A DNA stretch of 64,000 nt from Histomonas meleagridis 2922-C6/04-290x (lineage: Eukaryota; Protista; Parabasalia), in contig JAANOX010000047.1 in the NCBI GenBank assembly GCA_020184695.1, positions 1 to 64,000 of the forward strand, read 5' to 3'. A program made the position numbers and the translations under genes. The notes beneath the pieces were generated by a model. It saw nothing but the letters and a program-made list of their open reading frames with translations, was not told the DNA's origin and searched no databases. This document shows, in pieces, positions 12,001 to 27,800 of this stretch. Within the stretch, counting starts at the first letter, position 1; the number at the start of each line of letters is the position of its first letter.

Positions 12001-12474
12001 ATGAGCACTTCAAGTGAAGAAGATTTCTTGAGTGATACAGATGATAAATATGGATCAGAAAGTATAGAGGAAGTTTCAACTGAAGAGGAAGATGAATTAA
12101 ATGGTCTCACTTATCCATTTATTTACTACGATTATTCTAATAGTTATTCAACTGATGACACAGATGAACGTGAAGAAGAAAGCGAAGGAGAAAATGCTTT
12201 TATTGGAAATGAAATGAATAATAACTTATACGAAAGATTAATACTTAGCAATTTTGAACAGAGACCCGATTTTGCATCATTTAGAGCGCAACCAAAAAAG
12301 CATGCTCCAACTTTAGAGGAAGTTTTGGAGCAATCAAAAGCTGAATATGATTTATCCCAAAAAATCATCACATTTTTTCAAGATACAGAGCTTGTTAAAT
12401 CTACTATTTCTAAGTTGCCAAATGTTAATGTTAATGACCCAAGATTTCAGGAATTTTTTAATGGTCAAGTCTAA
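12001..12474 (+). CDS. Acidic 157-aa hypothetical protein with UIM-like / Rpn10-C-terminus-like tail
   Basis: Intact ATG..TAA with an acidic low-complexity N-half. The C-terminal TLEEVLEQSKAEY and DTELVKSTISKLPNVNVNDPRF resemble a UIM helix and the Rpn10/S5a C-terminal motif. Confidence 0.5.
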   Translation: MSTSSEEDFLSDTDDKYGSESIEEVSTEEEDELNGLTYPFIYYDYSNSYSTDDTDEREEESEGENAFIGNEMNNNLYERLILSNFEQRPDFASFRAQPKKHAPTLEEVLEQSKAEYDLSQKIITFFQDTELVKSTISKLPNVNVNDPRFQEFFNGQV

Positions 12475-12806
12475 TTTGATCAACAGTCATCTATTTTTAT
12501 AAAAGTGTTGTATTTTTTTAACTGCTGACGAACATTTAAGATTTATTATAATCATTTATTGCTCATTAAAAATGTAATTAAAAATGATGATATCGATAAT
12601 GATTATTGTCATAGCAAGTTTACAAACATTAAAATGTTTTTTATTTAGATTTTATGAAAAATTTTTATTTTGATCTCGAAATTAAATAAATGACATGTCA
12701 TGAGATAATCTTTTATTTGAATTACGAAAGCAGTTTTCCATCGGTTGTGATATGAAATCTGTCGAATTTCGGGAAAAATTGAATTCAGAATTGAATTATT
12801 TTTTGT

Positions 12807-15800
12807 ATGGATTCGATTGTCACCCTCAAGACATCAACGTCTATTACTGACTCGAATGGAAAGCCATTCAGATATAGTACTGATTTCACAGGTTTCCAAA
12901 TGCTTATGGTAGGTTGCTACAACTTGAAAATCCCTTATAAACCTAATGAACTCACTATAATAGTAGTTACCCCAAAGCAAACAAGTTACTACATTCAGCT
13001 AAACGTTCCTTTATCAGTTCAAGGTGTAAATGATGGCGATTCGATTTATATTGTCCCTCAAAATACTCCACTTCCATTCACAGAAGAAATCCCAGAACTT
13101 CCACCAGTTGCACTCCCAGAGCTTAAGACAGGTGCTACACCAGAACTTCTTCGTAATGAAGTTAATATTGGCGATGATATCAACCTCAACATTCAAACCA
13201 AATCACTTCTTAATGATAACAATGACATGCGCATGAACAGGAATGAAGGTACGTCAAAGAAGATCAATCTATTTACCGTTTATGGCTTTAAAGATGATAA
13301 AGGAATTGAATGTCAATACGAAGTTTCATTTCCATTTGCTGTTATGGTTCAACGTGCTCTTAGTTATTTACATCAACGTGCCAAAGGTCAATATTCCATT
13401 CTTTTATGCTTCTCTCCAGCTGTGATCAAATGGTTTGATGAAGATCGTAACCTTGAATACTTCAATCCGGTTGATGGTATGCTTATCCGCGTATTTAAGA
13501 AGAACCAATCACTGTCTATCTATTGTCCACATTTTGGGACTAATTCATTTTTGATTGATATTACCAAACCGGTTAATGATGTTGTTCAATATATTGCTAA
13601 TGATGTTTGCTTTGCCGATTATCGTGGGTATACATTAGTTAATGTTAAACGTGATAATGAATTTGAGCCACTTGATGGACAATTATCCATTCCACAACAA
13701 CGAAATAACTTTGAAGAATTACAATTCCGAAGAATGTATTTTGTATTTTCGAAAGAAACATTTTGCTCACTTGAAAATGCATTAATTGCATATCGAGATA
13801 TGTTAGAAGCACTTGTAAACAAGGATAGTTATATTACACCAGATGAAGCAATTGAACTTGCAGCTTTAGCTATACTATGTGATCCATCGAAACAACCTGA
13901 ACAAAAGAAACTTTTCTCACCACGTTTCCAAGGATATATTAATGATTCAATGTTAAAACCTGCATTAACATATTTCGATTCACATCCAAAACCTTCCGAT
14001 CAAATTAATGCTATCCGTATGTTCTTAGGCAAAGCTCGACGTATACCAGATTTAGCATCTATCCAATTTTCATGTACATTTATTCAAAAAACTCATGATC
14101 AAAAAGATAAGATTCAAGTATATGCACATTTTTCACCAATTCGATTAGCTATTATTAATCGTAAGACAAAGATTATTAATGCAAATATCCCATATTTCCG
14201 TATTAGAGGTATTGAAGTTAATGAACCAACAGTTACAATTAATTATTTAAATGAAGGTAGAGTACCAGTATCAGTAGAATTACGATTTGAACGTAAGTTT
14301 AATATATTTTTATCATATATTAATCAATATTCATCAATTACAAAACAAATCTTTGAAGAACGTGTTCTTAAGAAGGTACAAAACAAACAAATTTCGATTG
14401 ATACAATTGATGAAGAAGATAAAATTGGTTTACATACAACTAATGGTCCAAGTAAACCAGGAGAAGGTGAATTATTTGTTTATGATAGGAAGTTTACTGC
14501 TGAACAAGTACTTAAACTTGCGTTACGTTATCTTAATGAAAAAGAATATCCTGATCAAAAGATTTTAATTCATAAATATGGACAAGCAATTTGGCCAAAA
14601 CCAGATCAATTCATTGGCACATTAGGTATTGATGATGGAATGACAATTAATATTATACGTGTACAACAACAAATTCGATTTAAATTAACAGATGGTACTG
14701 TTAAAGCAGTTATATTCAAAAATCCAGATTTATCAGAACCTATTCGAACTATTATTGGTCAAATATTTACAAAACTTCATATGCCAAAAATCATTGGTTA
14801 TTCTATATTTAGAGAAAAAGAAGAATCAGAACAATCACAAAAACAAAGAACTCAACAATATCGAGCAAATTTAGTCGCATTAGATCCACGTTTATCTATT
14901 CCAGAACAATGTACTGATTTTGAAAGTAAAACTGTTGACGATGTAAAACTTTACTTTAAGAGACAATATATGACATTAACACGTGATGATCTTTCATCTG
15001 CTGCTGCAGCTAAATATGCATATATTGAATGTAAAGATTATATTAATAATAATGATTGTGGTATGACAGAAGATCAAGTTATAGAAGTTGCTATATTATC
15101 AGTATTAATTGAAGCTAAAGTACCTGGTGATACATCATACTTTAATCCTGATAAATTTGCAAGTATAGTACCATCAAACTTTAAAGTTAATTCTAAAATT
15201 CTTGCTAAATTTAAACAACGACTTGCTAAATATGAAAAGATGGATAATATTAATGCAATTCGTCGTTATATTCGAATTGTTAGAGATTTACCAAGATTTG
15301 GTGCACATACATTTCATGTTTTATATCGACCTTTACCAGCTAAAAGTCGACCACATGATGGATATTTATTTGTATGTCCGATTTATTTATTTGTTGAAGA
15401 AAACAACAAACGAATATTAACAATTCCTTATAAATTTGTTATTAATCTTAAGACGGATTCTAAAAGAGTTCAAGTTATTTATGGTAAAGAAAACACAACT
15501 GAATTAAGTACAATTGAATTTAAGACTAAACGTGTTGTAGAATTATCAATGCTTATATCAGGATCATTAACAATTTTCCGTGAATTAATTGTCGAAAGAC
15601 AAATTTCTGATAACAAGAGAGTTCTTGAAGATAGTCAGAAATTACAAGGTATATGGATTGATGAGAATGGTGTATCTCATTCACCTATGATTGATTTACA
15701 ACCTACAAACTCATTACAACGTGCAAGTGGTTTAGATCGTGTATGGCTTGAACTTGCTACAAGATTTGATGATATTATTAAGCAATTATCACTTAGATTA

Positions 15801-18800
15801 AACTTAGTCATACCTAAAGAACCAGGAAAAGATGATTATGCAATTATGATTAATATTCATGATAGAATCTTTAGATTTATTCAACCTGATGGTAAACTTG
15901 GAGATGCTAAACCTGTTCGTGGTTCAATTTTATTTGTAATTCCACGATTCCCAATTATTAGTGTTGTAAATTCATTAAATGTTGAAAAGAAAATTAGACT
16001 TGATATATCAATGAAAGTCCGTGATTTAGTACAAGTTATTAGTCATAAATTTAATACTACTTTATGTAAAGGTTATACTTTATATACTATACCAGAAGAT
16101 GGTGGTGATCCTAAACCTCTTGACTTGAATTTATCATTACCAGAACAAACTGTACATTATGAAAACTTATTATTCAAGCGTAGATTCTTTGCTATTTCTC
16201 AAATCGATTTTATTACAGTTGCTTCTAAACTTGCTACATTTAATGATATTAAAGAACATATATTAACAAGTGGAATTCAAATATCTGTTGAAGATGCAAT
16301 TCATTTAGCTTATTATTCATTATTCCCTAATTCTAATGTCCCTGTTACACCTCAAACAGTACCTAATGATATTACACCATTATTACCACGTAATATTAAA
16401 TGTAAATCAGGTTATAATAAACAATTAATTAAATATTTCACAACAGAACCAATTACTGATAAAGATGTAGCATTAGAGAAATATGTACAATTAGCTCGTA
16501 AAATACCTACATTTGGTTGTGAATATTATCCTGCTATTTATGAAGATAATTCTAATCCTAAGAAGACTGTACGTCGTAATATTCAAGTTTTAATTTCACC
16601 AACTTCAATTATCTTTAGTGATCCTAATGGTAAAGAACAATATATTACTATTGATTATAAGAAATTAATTTCACCTGATGTATTAGATCCATTCTTATCA
16701 TTTAGATATACTTCATCACCATTTGAACCTTTGCTTTATGCTGATATAGAATCAGAAGGTATAGTATCTAAGATTAGTTCTACAATTGAAGAATATCAAA
16801 GAATTATTACTGATGTAAGTAAAACTACAAGTGGAGATGGTAAATTACAAAACATTGAAAAAATTAATGTATTATTATATAAAGGTAATGAAGAAGTTAC
16901 TAAAGAAAATGCACAAAGTCATAAATTCTCATTTGATAAACGTCAAACAGGTGATAAAGTTGCTTCACTTGCAGCTAAACATCTTAAACTTAATACTAAA
17001 GGTCAATATTTATGTTTATTACAATATACTACTGATCATAAACGTTGGCTTTATCATGATGAATATTTCGGTAAAATGAATCCTTATGATGATATGGTAT
17101 TACAAGTCTTTAGTGTTAACTTTGAAATTACAGTACAAAATTCTTCAAGAGTTAAAAAGAACTTCTTCATTGATATTACTAATACTGTAGCAGATTTAAT
17201 ACCTAAAATTGCATTACAATTTTCTATTGATGATTATATAGGTTATTCTTTATTCTTTGAAGAAGAAGGTGTTTTACAACCATTAATGTATCAATTATCT
17301 ATTTATGAACAAATTAAAACACGTAAAATGCCAAACTTAATCTTTAAACATCGTTATTTCTTAATTAATCCATTTATTGATGAACTTTCATTTGACGTTT
17401 TAATGAATACTTATTATCAAGATGTTCGTTCTACAGTATTATCTGGTAATCATGACTTAAATGATACTGAAATAGCAGAATTAGCAATCTTCCAAATTTA
17501 TACAGATCCTTCAAATGATGATGAAACTCATAAAATTGAAATTCCTACTAATTTAGCACCTTATTTACCTAAAGGTATGAAACCTAAACAAGCATTAATT
17601 GATACAATTCGTAAAGCTTTAACTGATAAATCTAAAATTACTACAAGGAATGAAGCTTGTCGTGAATTTATTTCTAGAGCTATGAATAATACATTTGCTT
17701 GTGCTGAGAATTATCATGCAGTAATGATTGAAGATGAAGAGAATAAAGATGAAAATACTGAAAACAAAGAAAAGAAAGATAAGAAAGATAAAAATAAGGA
17801 TAAGAATGCACAAAAAGATAAGAATCGTTCAGTTACTATATCAGTATCAGTTAAAGGTATTGATATTAAAGAATTCCCAAGTCAATCTGATATCGAATTT
17901 ATCCCTTATGAAGAACTTCAATCTCGAATGATCTTAAAAGATTTAATTATCTTTACAAAGAAATCTTATGATGGTAAGAACTTTGTTATTAAGAAATTAC
18001 AATTTAGAACTAAATCTGCTTCATTAATATATAATTATATTGAAACATTTATCGAAATTGTTAATCCACAATTCCAAGAAAGAAATGAAAGACTTAAAGC
18101 ATTCCATCAAGCTACAAAAGAAATTGGAGAAACTATTGTTAATGTATTATATTTAGAAACTGCTAATGCATTAGGTCATTGGTATCCTACAGTATTCCCA
18201 TATTTATTAACTGAGAAAGTTAATACAATCATTGATAGACTTGCAGATTATTATAATATTAAGAATGCTATGACTTATCGATTAGTAGCACAATATGAAG
18301 ATGGTAATTTCCAAGTTTTACCAGCAGATCAAATCTTTGGTAAATATAATATTTCAAACTCAACAAAGATTTATCTTTTAGAATTATTGAAAGATGTCCG
18401 TATTATTAATGATTCAGGTTTAGTTACTACTAATGTTATAGATATATCACTTAATGTAGAAGAAGCTTGTCGACAAATTGCAAGTAACTTCAATTATCAA
18501 TTCCATGAATGTTTCACATTATATGCAAATAATGGTAATGGTTTCGATCCATTATATTTCGATCAAAGTGTAATTTCTCAAACAAATAACTTTAATGAAT
18601 TCTTATTCAAACGTCGATTCTTTATTTTCCCACAAGAAGCATTCTTTGATAATGAAACATTATTCTCTGTTTATGAAGATTGTCATCGTATGGTAATTAA
18701 TAATAAGATTCAAATCCCTCAAGAAAATGATATGTTATGTTTAGCAGTTTATACATTATATTATGAATCTTCAAATCCACTTGAAGTTACACAAAGACAA

Positions 18801-21800
18801 ATTACTAATTTAACTGATTTAATTCCAAGTTCAGTTCAAAGTGGTAATGATTTATTAAGAAGATTTGATAATATATTAAAATCAATTCCACCAATGTCTA
18901 GAACAGAAGCAGCTGCTAAATATATTAGTTATGTCTGTGATCGTCAAGGATTTGGTGTTGAGAAATATAATATTCGTTTCACTGATTTAATTGATACATT
19001 AAAACGTCCACGTCGTGAAGCAGTTTTACTTTTAGGTCCATTTGAAGTATCAATTAAAGATGATACCGAAATTAAAGTCATAGCATCATTTGATTATAAA
19101 TGGATTACAAGTTATGAAATTGAAGATACAAATAAAATTATATTGAAGTTTAATGATCATCAATCGAATTATCATCATGTAATTATTGAAGTCGACAAAG
19201 TTCAACCAATTGTTAGTTTTATCTCTACAATGTATTATTATACTACAAGTAGTTCAATTTTCTTAGAATCAGCAGAACAAATTCGTGGACAATTATCTTA
19301 TATTATCTCACGTAAAGGTGGTAATGAAAAAGAATCAGCTGAAGCAATTACAATTCAAGATACAAGTTATGATAACTTTGATGTAGATGTTACTACATTT
19401 GATAATTATAATGCATTTGATGTTAATTTCGATGATCCTATTGAAAGAGTAGAATTTGCTACATTTGATTCTACTAATTATGATGATTCTGTAGATAGTC
19501 ATTATACTTATACTAAAGTTGATCCAGTTGTAGATATTTATGGTGCAGAAGATGGAGTTGATAATTATTCATGGCGTACTACTGATGAAGGTCTTAAATA
19601 TACAAGAGCTTCAAGAGTTTTAGAAAAGATTAAAGATAACTTCGAAGAATTAAATTCACATTTAGATAGTACTTCACTTGATGAATTTACTCGTAGATTA
19701 GACTTTATTTATGATAACTTAAATGATTTGAATCCAGAAGAAACTAATGAATTTAAAGAGAAACTTAAGAATATTACAGGTAAAATTGATGAATTACGTG
19801 AAAAGGCTCAATTAATGGATCCATTAGATACTAAATATACTGGTTATAATGATGAAATTAAGACTACAATGAGAGATATTATGGGTATATTTGGTTCTGC
19901 TAAAGATGCATTAAATAATGAATTACAATTATGTAAGAAACAACAATATTCTTATTCACAAATATCAGATAATGGTCAAATATCTGCAATATCAAAGAAT
20001 TTAATTGATATCTCTGAAGCTACTGAAGCTTTAACAGTATCTATAATTTCGAAATATATGAAATTCCAAGAAATGGGTACTAATCCATCAAATATTATTT
20101 CATCACTTAAAGAAATATCTACAAATCTTACAAAATTAGCACGTAATTATACTGAAAATGAAGATCAAAAATTAATTGATAAATATATTATCCCATTATT
20201 AGGTGATTTAATTATTAAACTTAAACAATTAAAGGATATATGTTTCATTACTGATGGTACTAATGATATTATTGAAATGGAAGGTAAAATTGAAAATATT
20301 GTAAATTCTGTTAAAGAATCATTAAGTAAAGTTAGTGAAAACAGAAATACAATGATGTCACAACATTATAAGATTTATACTGGTTCAACTACAGCAGTTC
20401 TTAAATCAGCTCAAATATTTATCCAAAAATCAAAAGATTTAAAGGAATTAAAAGATGATAAAAGTTTAAGCGAAGCTACAAAAGTTATTGTTGAATCACT
20501 TTATTCAAATCTTACATATAATACAAGTAAAATAGCTAAAGCTTCAAAGATATTAAAGGCAAATCCAAATGATGATAAAGTACGTTCAGATGCATTATAT
20601 TCATCAACTAAAACTTTAATTACATTAAATAATGGTATTGAAGAATTAAACAAACAAAATGATGTTAAAGTTAAATCAATAATTGAATTATTAAGGAAAG
20701 ATCTCGATGTTATTAATAATTGTAACTTAGAAGTTAGTACAATATCAATTACACCACAAAATGTTTCAAGATTACAATCTGATTTATCATTAATCTTAAC
20801 AAGTACTGATAAAATTGATGATTTATCATTATCTAAACTTAAAGCAGATGAAAAGAAATTCATTGATACAACAATTTCTTCAATTAAAACATTCCATTCT
20901 AAATTAGAAGGTTTAATTCCACGATTTGAAGATTTCCCTTCATCAGGTGATTTAGTATATGCAATTCAAACTATAGCTTTAGATGCTTATAAGAAATTAC
21001 CTGATATTAGTAAAACTATTACATTACAACAAAAGGCTTCTAATGATCCACTTCATCAAATATTATATGAACGACTTTATAGTGACTTAAATGCTACACT
21101 TATTGAAACAATACCTACTGAAGAATTTATGAAATGTCAACATATAGTACAATTCCATCAAGCACAAGCAGAATTATTCCAATTAACTAATACAATGCAT
21201 AAGACTGGTGATGAAGATATGGTTAAAAATTATAATGAATTATATACAAAACTTCAACAAAGAACTAAATCTGTTGAAGAAATTTATTTCGATGGTTATG
21301 AATATCGTAAACATCTTCATGCTAAACCATTCTCACAAAATTATATTCAGGATGCCGAAAATTATATTGATAAAGTCCAAAAATCTCTTACACATGTACA
21401 AAACTTAATATTTGAATATCCAGCAATTGGTGATTTAGATTTAATTATTGGTTCTGTAATTAATTATTTCGATTCTGCTAAAAAGGCATTAAAGAATACA
21501 CAAATTTCTTATTATAGACCTAAACCTTCTAAAGAATTTATAACTAAAGCTACAAACATTATTCAAGAATCAATTGAAGTATTAGCAAAAATATTAAATA
21601 GTGATGAAACTTTAACTAATCCAATGTTAGCAGATCAACTTAAAAGTGAAATAGAATTCTTACAAAAACAAAAGAATAAAATACCTAAAATTGCTGATAA
21701 AACAGATCTATTTTATCATACAATTGAAAAGATTGAAGAACATATGAATCAACGTGAAATTGTTAATGCTGCAGATAATCAAAATATTCCATTAAATAAT

Positions 21801-24800
21801 ACAGTTCGTAAATATAAAGAAATTCTTAAAGTTCCACCACCTACAATTGAAGTTACTAAAGGATGTTTGAAAGAATTTATTCCAACATTAGATAAACTTC
21901 AAGAAACTATTAATAATATCTCTAAAAGTGAAAAGGTTAAAGATAATAATGAATCACAAACTATCTTCAATGAATGGGTTAATGCTATTCAACAAGTTAA
22001 ACATTCAGTTTCTTCACATATTAATCAAAAAGATTATAATGATCAATTAGCATTAAATGATAAAGATGCTATATTGAATTTACAAGCTAAGATATCAATG
22101 TTACCACCAAATATTCGTCAATTAATACCTAAAGAATTAAATGAAAAACTTGCACAAGAAATTTCTCAATTTGTACAAAAAGGTAATGATGCTGTTAATT
22201 GTGTTCGTCATTTACCAAATGTTCAAATGCCAGAAATCGATGCTAAACAATTCCATAAAATTGATTCCGAAGCAGAAATTCAAGAATCTATACCTGAAAT
22301 TTCAATACAAATACGTGAATTTAAGAATATCCTTAATGAAATTCATGCATCACCTTTATTATTACCTCATCCACAAACTAAAGAATTAGTTCATCAAATG
22401 ATACAAAACCTTGGAAAAATTGATGAAGAAATTTCAAATAATATTAATAATGAAAAATTATTAACAGAGAAAATGACACGTTTACGTGATTCATTATTAT
22501 TTGTAACATCGACAACAGAATTAATTTCACCTGTATTAGGTATGAACAAACTTCATGATTCAGCTAAAACAATTCAATATAATACTAATAATGTATTACG
22601 TTATTTAATGAAACCTCATATGACACCAGAAAGTTCTAAAGAATTTGAAAAATCATTATTAGATACAATTAAGAAAGTCGAGAAAGATTGGAATACAGCT
22701 AAACAAAATATCGATGGATTACCAGATAATGTTAAAACTATGATTAATGCATTATCAGCATCACTTTCTTATGCGAATTCTTCATTATCTAAAATGAAGC
22801 CACGTCAAAAACAAGCATTTTGTGATGATTTATATTCATCAATTTATACAACATTACCACAATTATTTAAACAATCAGAATGTGATGATTTAATTGATCC
22901 ATTACTTTCATTATTTGAAGTTACTTCTAAATTTACTTCTAAGCCTCATGTTGATATTAGAATTACTGCGCCATTAATTATTAATAAACAAATTTTACCA
23001 GAAGAAACTTTATCAGGTTTAGATGATCAAGTTGTCGATTTAATAGATATTACTAATGAAAATATATCTGGTGAAATTTATGATAATTATTCTGATTCAT
23101 TATCAATGATTTATGATCATCAAGATTTATTACCTATTTATGTAACTTATGCTTCATCTATCTTACAACCAATCTTTATGAAACATAGCTTAAATAAATT
23201 AATTGATGCACAAAAGATTATTTCTTGTACTGATAAATCTGCTAAACAAAGAACTCGACATTTAGAATTATCTACAATTACTACAACTATTAAAGCAGCT
23301 AAATGTATCGAAACTTTACGAAACTTAATGAAATATATTGATGAAATATTTAATGATTCTAATTCATTTACTAATGATTCTGCATGTTATTATTATAAAT
23401 CTACTCAAAAAGCATTACAAAATGTCGATACTAAAATGTTAATTAATTGTCAATCAATTTCTGCAGCAATATTAAATTATTCTACAATGCATGAATTACA
23501 AACTAATGTATCATTATTAATTCAAAGCACAGAAAATGAAAAAGATTTAGATTCAGTAATTCAACCAATTGTAGAATGTTTCAATGAATATTCTCAATTA
23601 GTATATCAAACAGATTTAATATTCTCAGCATTATTCCATAATGAACTTTCTTCATTAATATGTACTATTGATGAATTACGTTTAACTGAAAAGAAAATAC
23701 CTAAAGAAGTATTTAGAAAGATTCATGGATTTATTAATGATTTATCAACTAAAGATTATTTATTATATTTCGATCCAGTACAAATGAATGCACTTTCTAT
23801 CAAATATAAACAATTTATTAAAGAATCAATTCCAATCATATTAAATAATATTACAAATAAGAATGTAATTCTTGAACAACAAAAGATTTTATCTTCAATT
23901 AACCCTGTGATTCAATATTGGGAAAGATATCCTAATTCATTTGATGGTGTCCGACTTGGTAATGAAATTAATTCATCACTTTATATATTAGAGAAACAAT
24001 TAAGTGTTTGTCAATATTCTATGCCTCAACAACAATTTATTTATGACTTTAATTTACCTAAATCTCAAATTAATTATATTGATATCATTTCTTCTATTGA
24101 TAGTTCTATTAATACTGCAGCTAAAGCTTGTTCACAATTGTTTAATTCAATTACACCTGAAACATTTGCACAACAACAACAAGTTATATTAAATTCATTA
24201 GAACATTTAAAGGGATTAATTGGTGAACATTATCCAATGAATTATAGTGATAAATCAATTAATTTAATCGAATCTAATAGAGTAATATCACAAAAAGATA
24301 TTTTACTTAATTTAATTGATGATAAAGTATGTTTAGATATAGCTAAGAATGCATTTAGTCAATTAGAACAATCAATTAAAATTATACAACAAAATCAAGA
24401 ACAACAAAAACAAAAAGAAGTTGATAATACTAAGAAACTTGAACTTGAAAATATTCAATCAATAGGTAAATTATCAATTATTGATATTGATCAAGATAAT
24501 ATTAAGAAGAATATTAGTGAAGCATTAAACATTGAAATTATATCACAAGATCAACAAGAATTATTCATTACTACATTCTTAAAGTCAAGTTTAGAAAATA
24601 TGATTCATTCATTACAACAAGAACAACTTTGTCAATTTCCAAATATCTTAAAGAAGATTAATAACTTAAACACTATTAATATTAAACCAAATCAATTTGA
24701 AGAAAATAAGAATCAAATCCTTCGACAATTTGAAACATTAAACAATTTACAAAAACTTAAAGAAATTCAATCACAAATGACACCAAATCAAATCATTGAA

Positions 24801-27800
24801 AATCAAGCTTTATTATCCAATATAATAATTAATTTATTATCACCAAATTGTAAATTAATATTTGATTCTTATATTAGACAAAATAAAGATATGGAACAAC
24901 ATATATTTGATAGTTTATTCAATTATTATCCTAATGAAACTATTAATTCTAAGCCAATTAATGGTAATCCAATTATTCATGGATTCTCTGATTTAATTCT
25001 TTTGTCACAATCATTAATTTCAATTCTTCATGAAATTTGTGTTGTTAATCAACAAATTTATAAATTCATTTCTACACCAGAAGGTCAAAAAGTTTTAGAA
25101 ACACCAATTTCATCACAATTATTATTAGAAATTCAACAAACAATTCAAACATTAATTGATTTAGAAAAGTCTAAAGATAATTTAGATATGTATATTAAGA
25201 ATCTATCATTAGAACAATGTATTAGAATCCATCGTATAATTTATCATACATTAACATTAATTAATGAGAATTCAATCAATTATAACTTCACAAGTACTTC
25301 ACATAATATTAAACAAATTATTCGTCAAATTAATATTAAACAACAAGAAATTATTAAACAAAATCAAAAAGCATTAGTATTTGAATTCTTAGATCCTTCA
25401 TTAATATTTAGAACATTATATTCTAATGCATTTAAGATTACTTACTTATATTTCATTATTAAATTAATTTCTGTTTATAATAAATTAATTTCTAATAATC
25501 CAAATTCAAAAGAAGATATAATTTCTCAAGACTTAATAAAGAAGAATTTATCAATTATTAAAAAATTAACTTTCTTGAATGAAAAAGAATTATCTAATAA
25601 ATTAAATAGTTTATCAAATGCAACTGAAGTTATTCAATCAATTCAAGCACAATTAATTCATTTAACACAATCTTCATTCATTCAAGAAATATCTAAATAT
25701 GTACCAGATTTTAATGATGCAATTCAACAAGGATTCCAATCATTATTATTACAAGAACATAATAATAAAGCAATTTCTATTTCATCACAAGAATTATTAG
25801 TTTCAATGTCATCAATACAAAGTAATAATATCTTTAATTTCATCTCTAAATTAACATTAAATAATTCTGATTCACAACAAATTCTTAAATTAATTGAAGA
25901 TAATCCAGAAATTAAAGCTAAATTAAATGAATGTGAGAAACGTATGAAAGAAATAACTTCTGATCAATTATTAAGTGCTAAAATTATTGTAAGTAAAATC
26001 CATGATTTATATATTAAATCACCAGAAGAAATATTAAACCAATTCAAACCTGAAGAAATTTTAGATGCTTATGGATTAATGAAATATGAATTATGTGAAT
26101 CTATTAAATCTATTGATGAACATGCATTAACTGTTTATAAGAAGAATGAAATATTTGATCGTGCTGCTTTAATTCAAAGACAAACTAAAGATCATTCATA
26201 TTCATTAATTAAACCAGATGAATCTAAAACAATAATAGAAAATTGTCAAAAATTACAAACTATTTATGATGTTATAACTGATTTAAGAGAAATTCAACAA
26301 TTAATATTACAAGAAAATAATTCATTTGTAGAACTTTCTAAAGAAAACATTAAAAAATTATCTACGAATGATGCAATGAAATTACAAAATAAGATTAATG
26401 ATTTCTATAAATTAAATGAGAATAAAGATGAATTAAAAGCTTTAGTTTCACAAAACTCAATTGAAGATAATTATATGATTTATTCATTAATTGATGATTT
26501 AACTAATGTATTACAAAATAATATTCAACAAGTTTATTCAGATGATAAACTTAATATTATTTCTAATGGTATATCTAAACAAAAAGATGTTGATCTTCTA
26601 AACGTTGAAATTAATTCATCTGATTTAACTAAAAAGATTGAAATTTCTCAAGAATATTCAAATCGTTGTGCACTTTGTAGTCAATTAACATTATTAAGTG
26701 CTAAAATTAATGAATTACCTTCAATGAAGAATGCGAAATTAGTTTCTAATTCAATACCTTTACAAGATGTTCAACAAGCTAATGATATGGCAATTAAATT
26801 ATTACCAATCATGAACTCACCAGAAGCAATTAATACTATGATATCTGGAGTTTCTACACAAGATTTAACTAATCGTTTAGCAGTAATTAATGAACTTTGT
26901 CAAATATTATTACCTAAAGATCAAAATAATAATTCATTATTTGATACAGAATTGAAAGTTTTAAGTATTGATGAAATTACAAATGTTAATTTATATCAAA
27001 AGGCTTCACATATTGAAATTACTAATGCAGTAGTTGATGCTTTAACTTCAATGATTCAAGTATTCCCAACAATGTCACAATTATCAAATGATGAATGTAA
27101 AGAAATATTTGTATCAGAAAACACTACAGCTATTAAATTATTAACCAATTTATTACATTCTTCAACACCATCATATTCACAAGTTAAACAATTAATTGAA
27201 ATTTCACCACAATTAATTACATCAATGACTAAAGTTATCCTACAATTAAACCAACAATTAAAGAATAAGTTTGATGATCCAATGCGTTCATTTGAATTAA
27301 TTAAGAAATTAGCTATTTCATCTGTAGATGCACCTAATAATCCTAAAGATGGTACTGAATATCGTAAATCATTAGCAGAATTATTAAATAATCTTAAAGT
27401 AGCTCAAGCAGTTACCGAAATGAATAACAAAGAAGAAGATTTACATGAGAAAGCAATGCAAACTATTGCTAACTTACATAGAGCTATTCAAAGAAGAGAT
27501 ATTGAAGAAATTAATGGTTGTTTAATTGATATTCAAGCATTAAATGTTCGTACTAATGAAGCAGGTAATAACATTCAATTCATTAAAGAAGTTACATCTA
27601 AAATTATTGGACTTCAACCTAAAGTTTTAGATATTTATTCTACACAAGGTAAACTTGATGATCAACTTATTAAACAATCAGATGATTTATGTAAATTACT
27701 TGAACAAATCATTAATAAAGAAACTAATGATCCATTTAAGACAGTTAATGAAATTAAATCATTCCAAAGTGTTGGTAAACAATTTGTTAATACTAAACAA

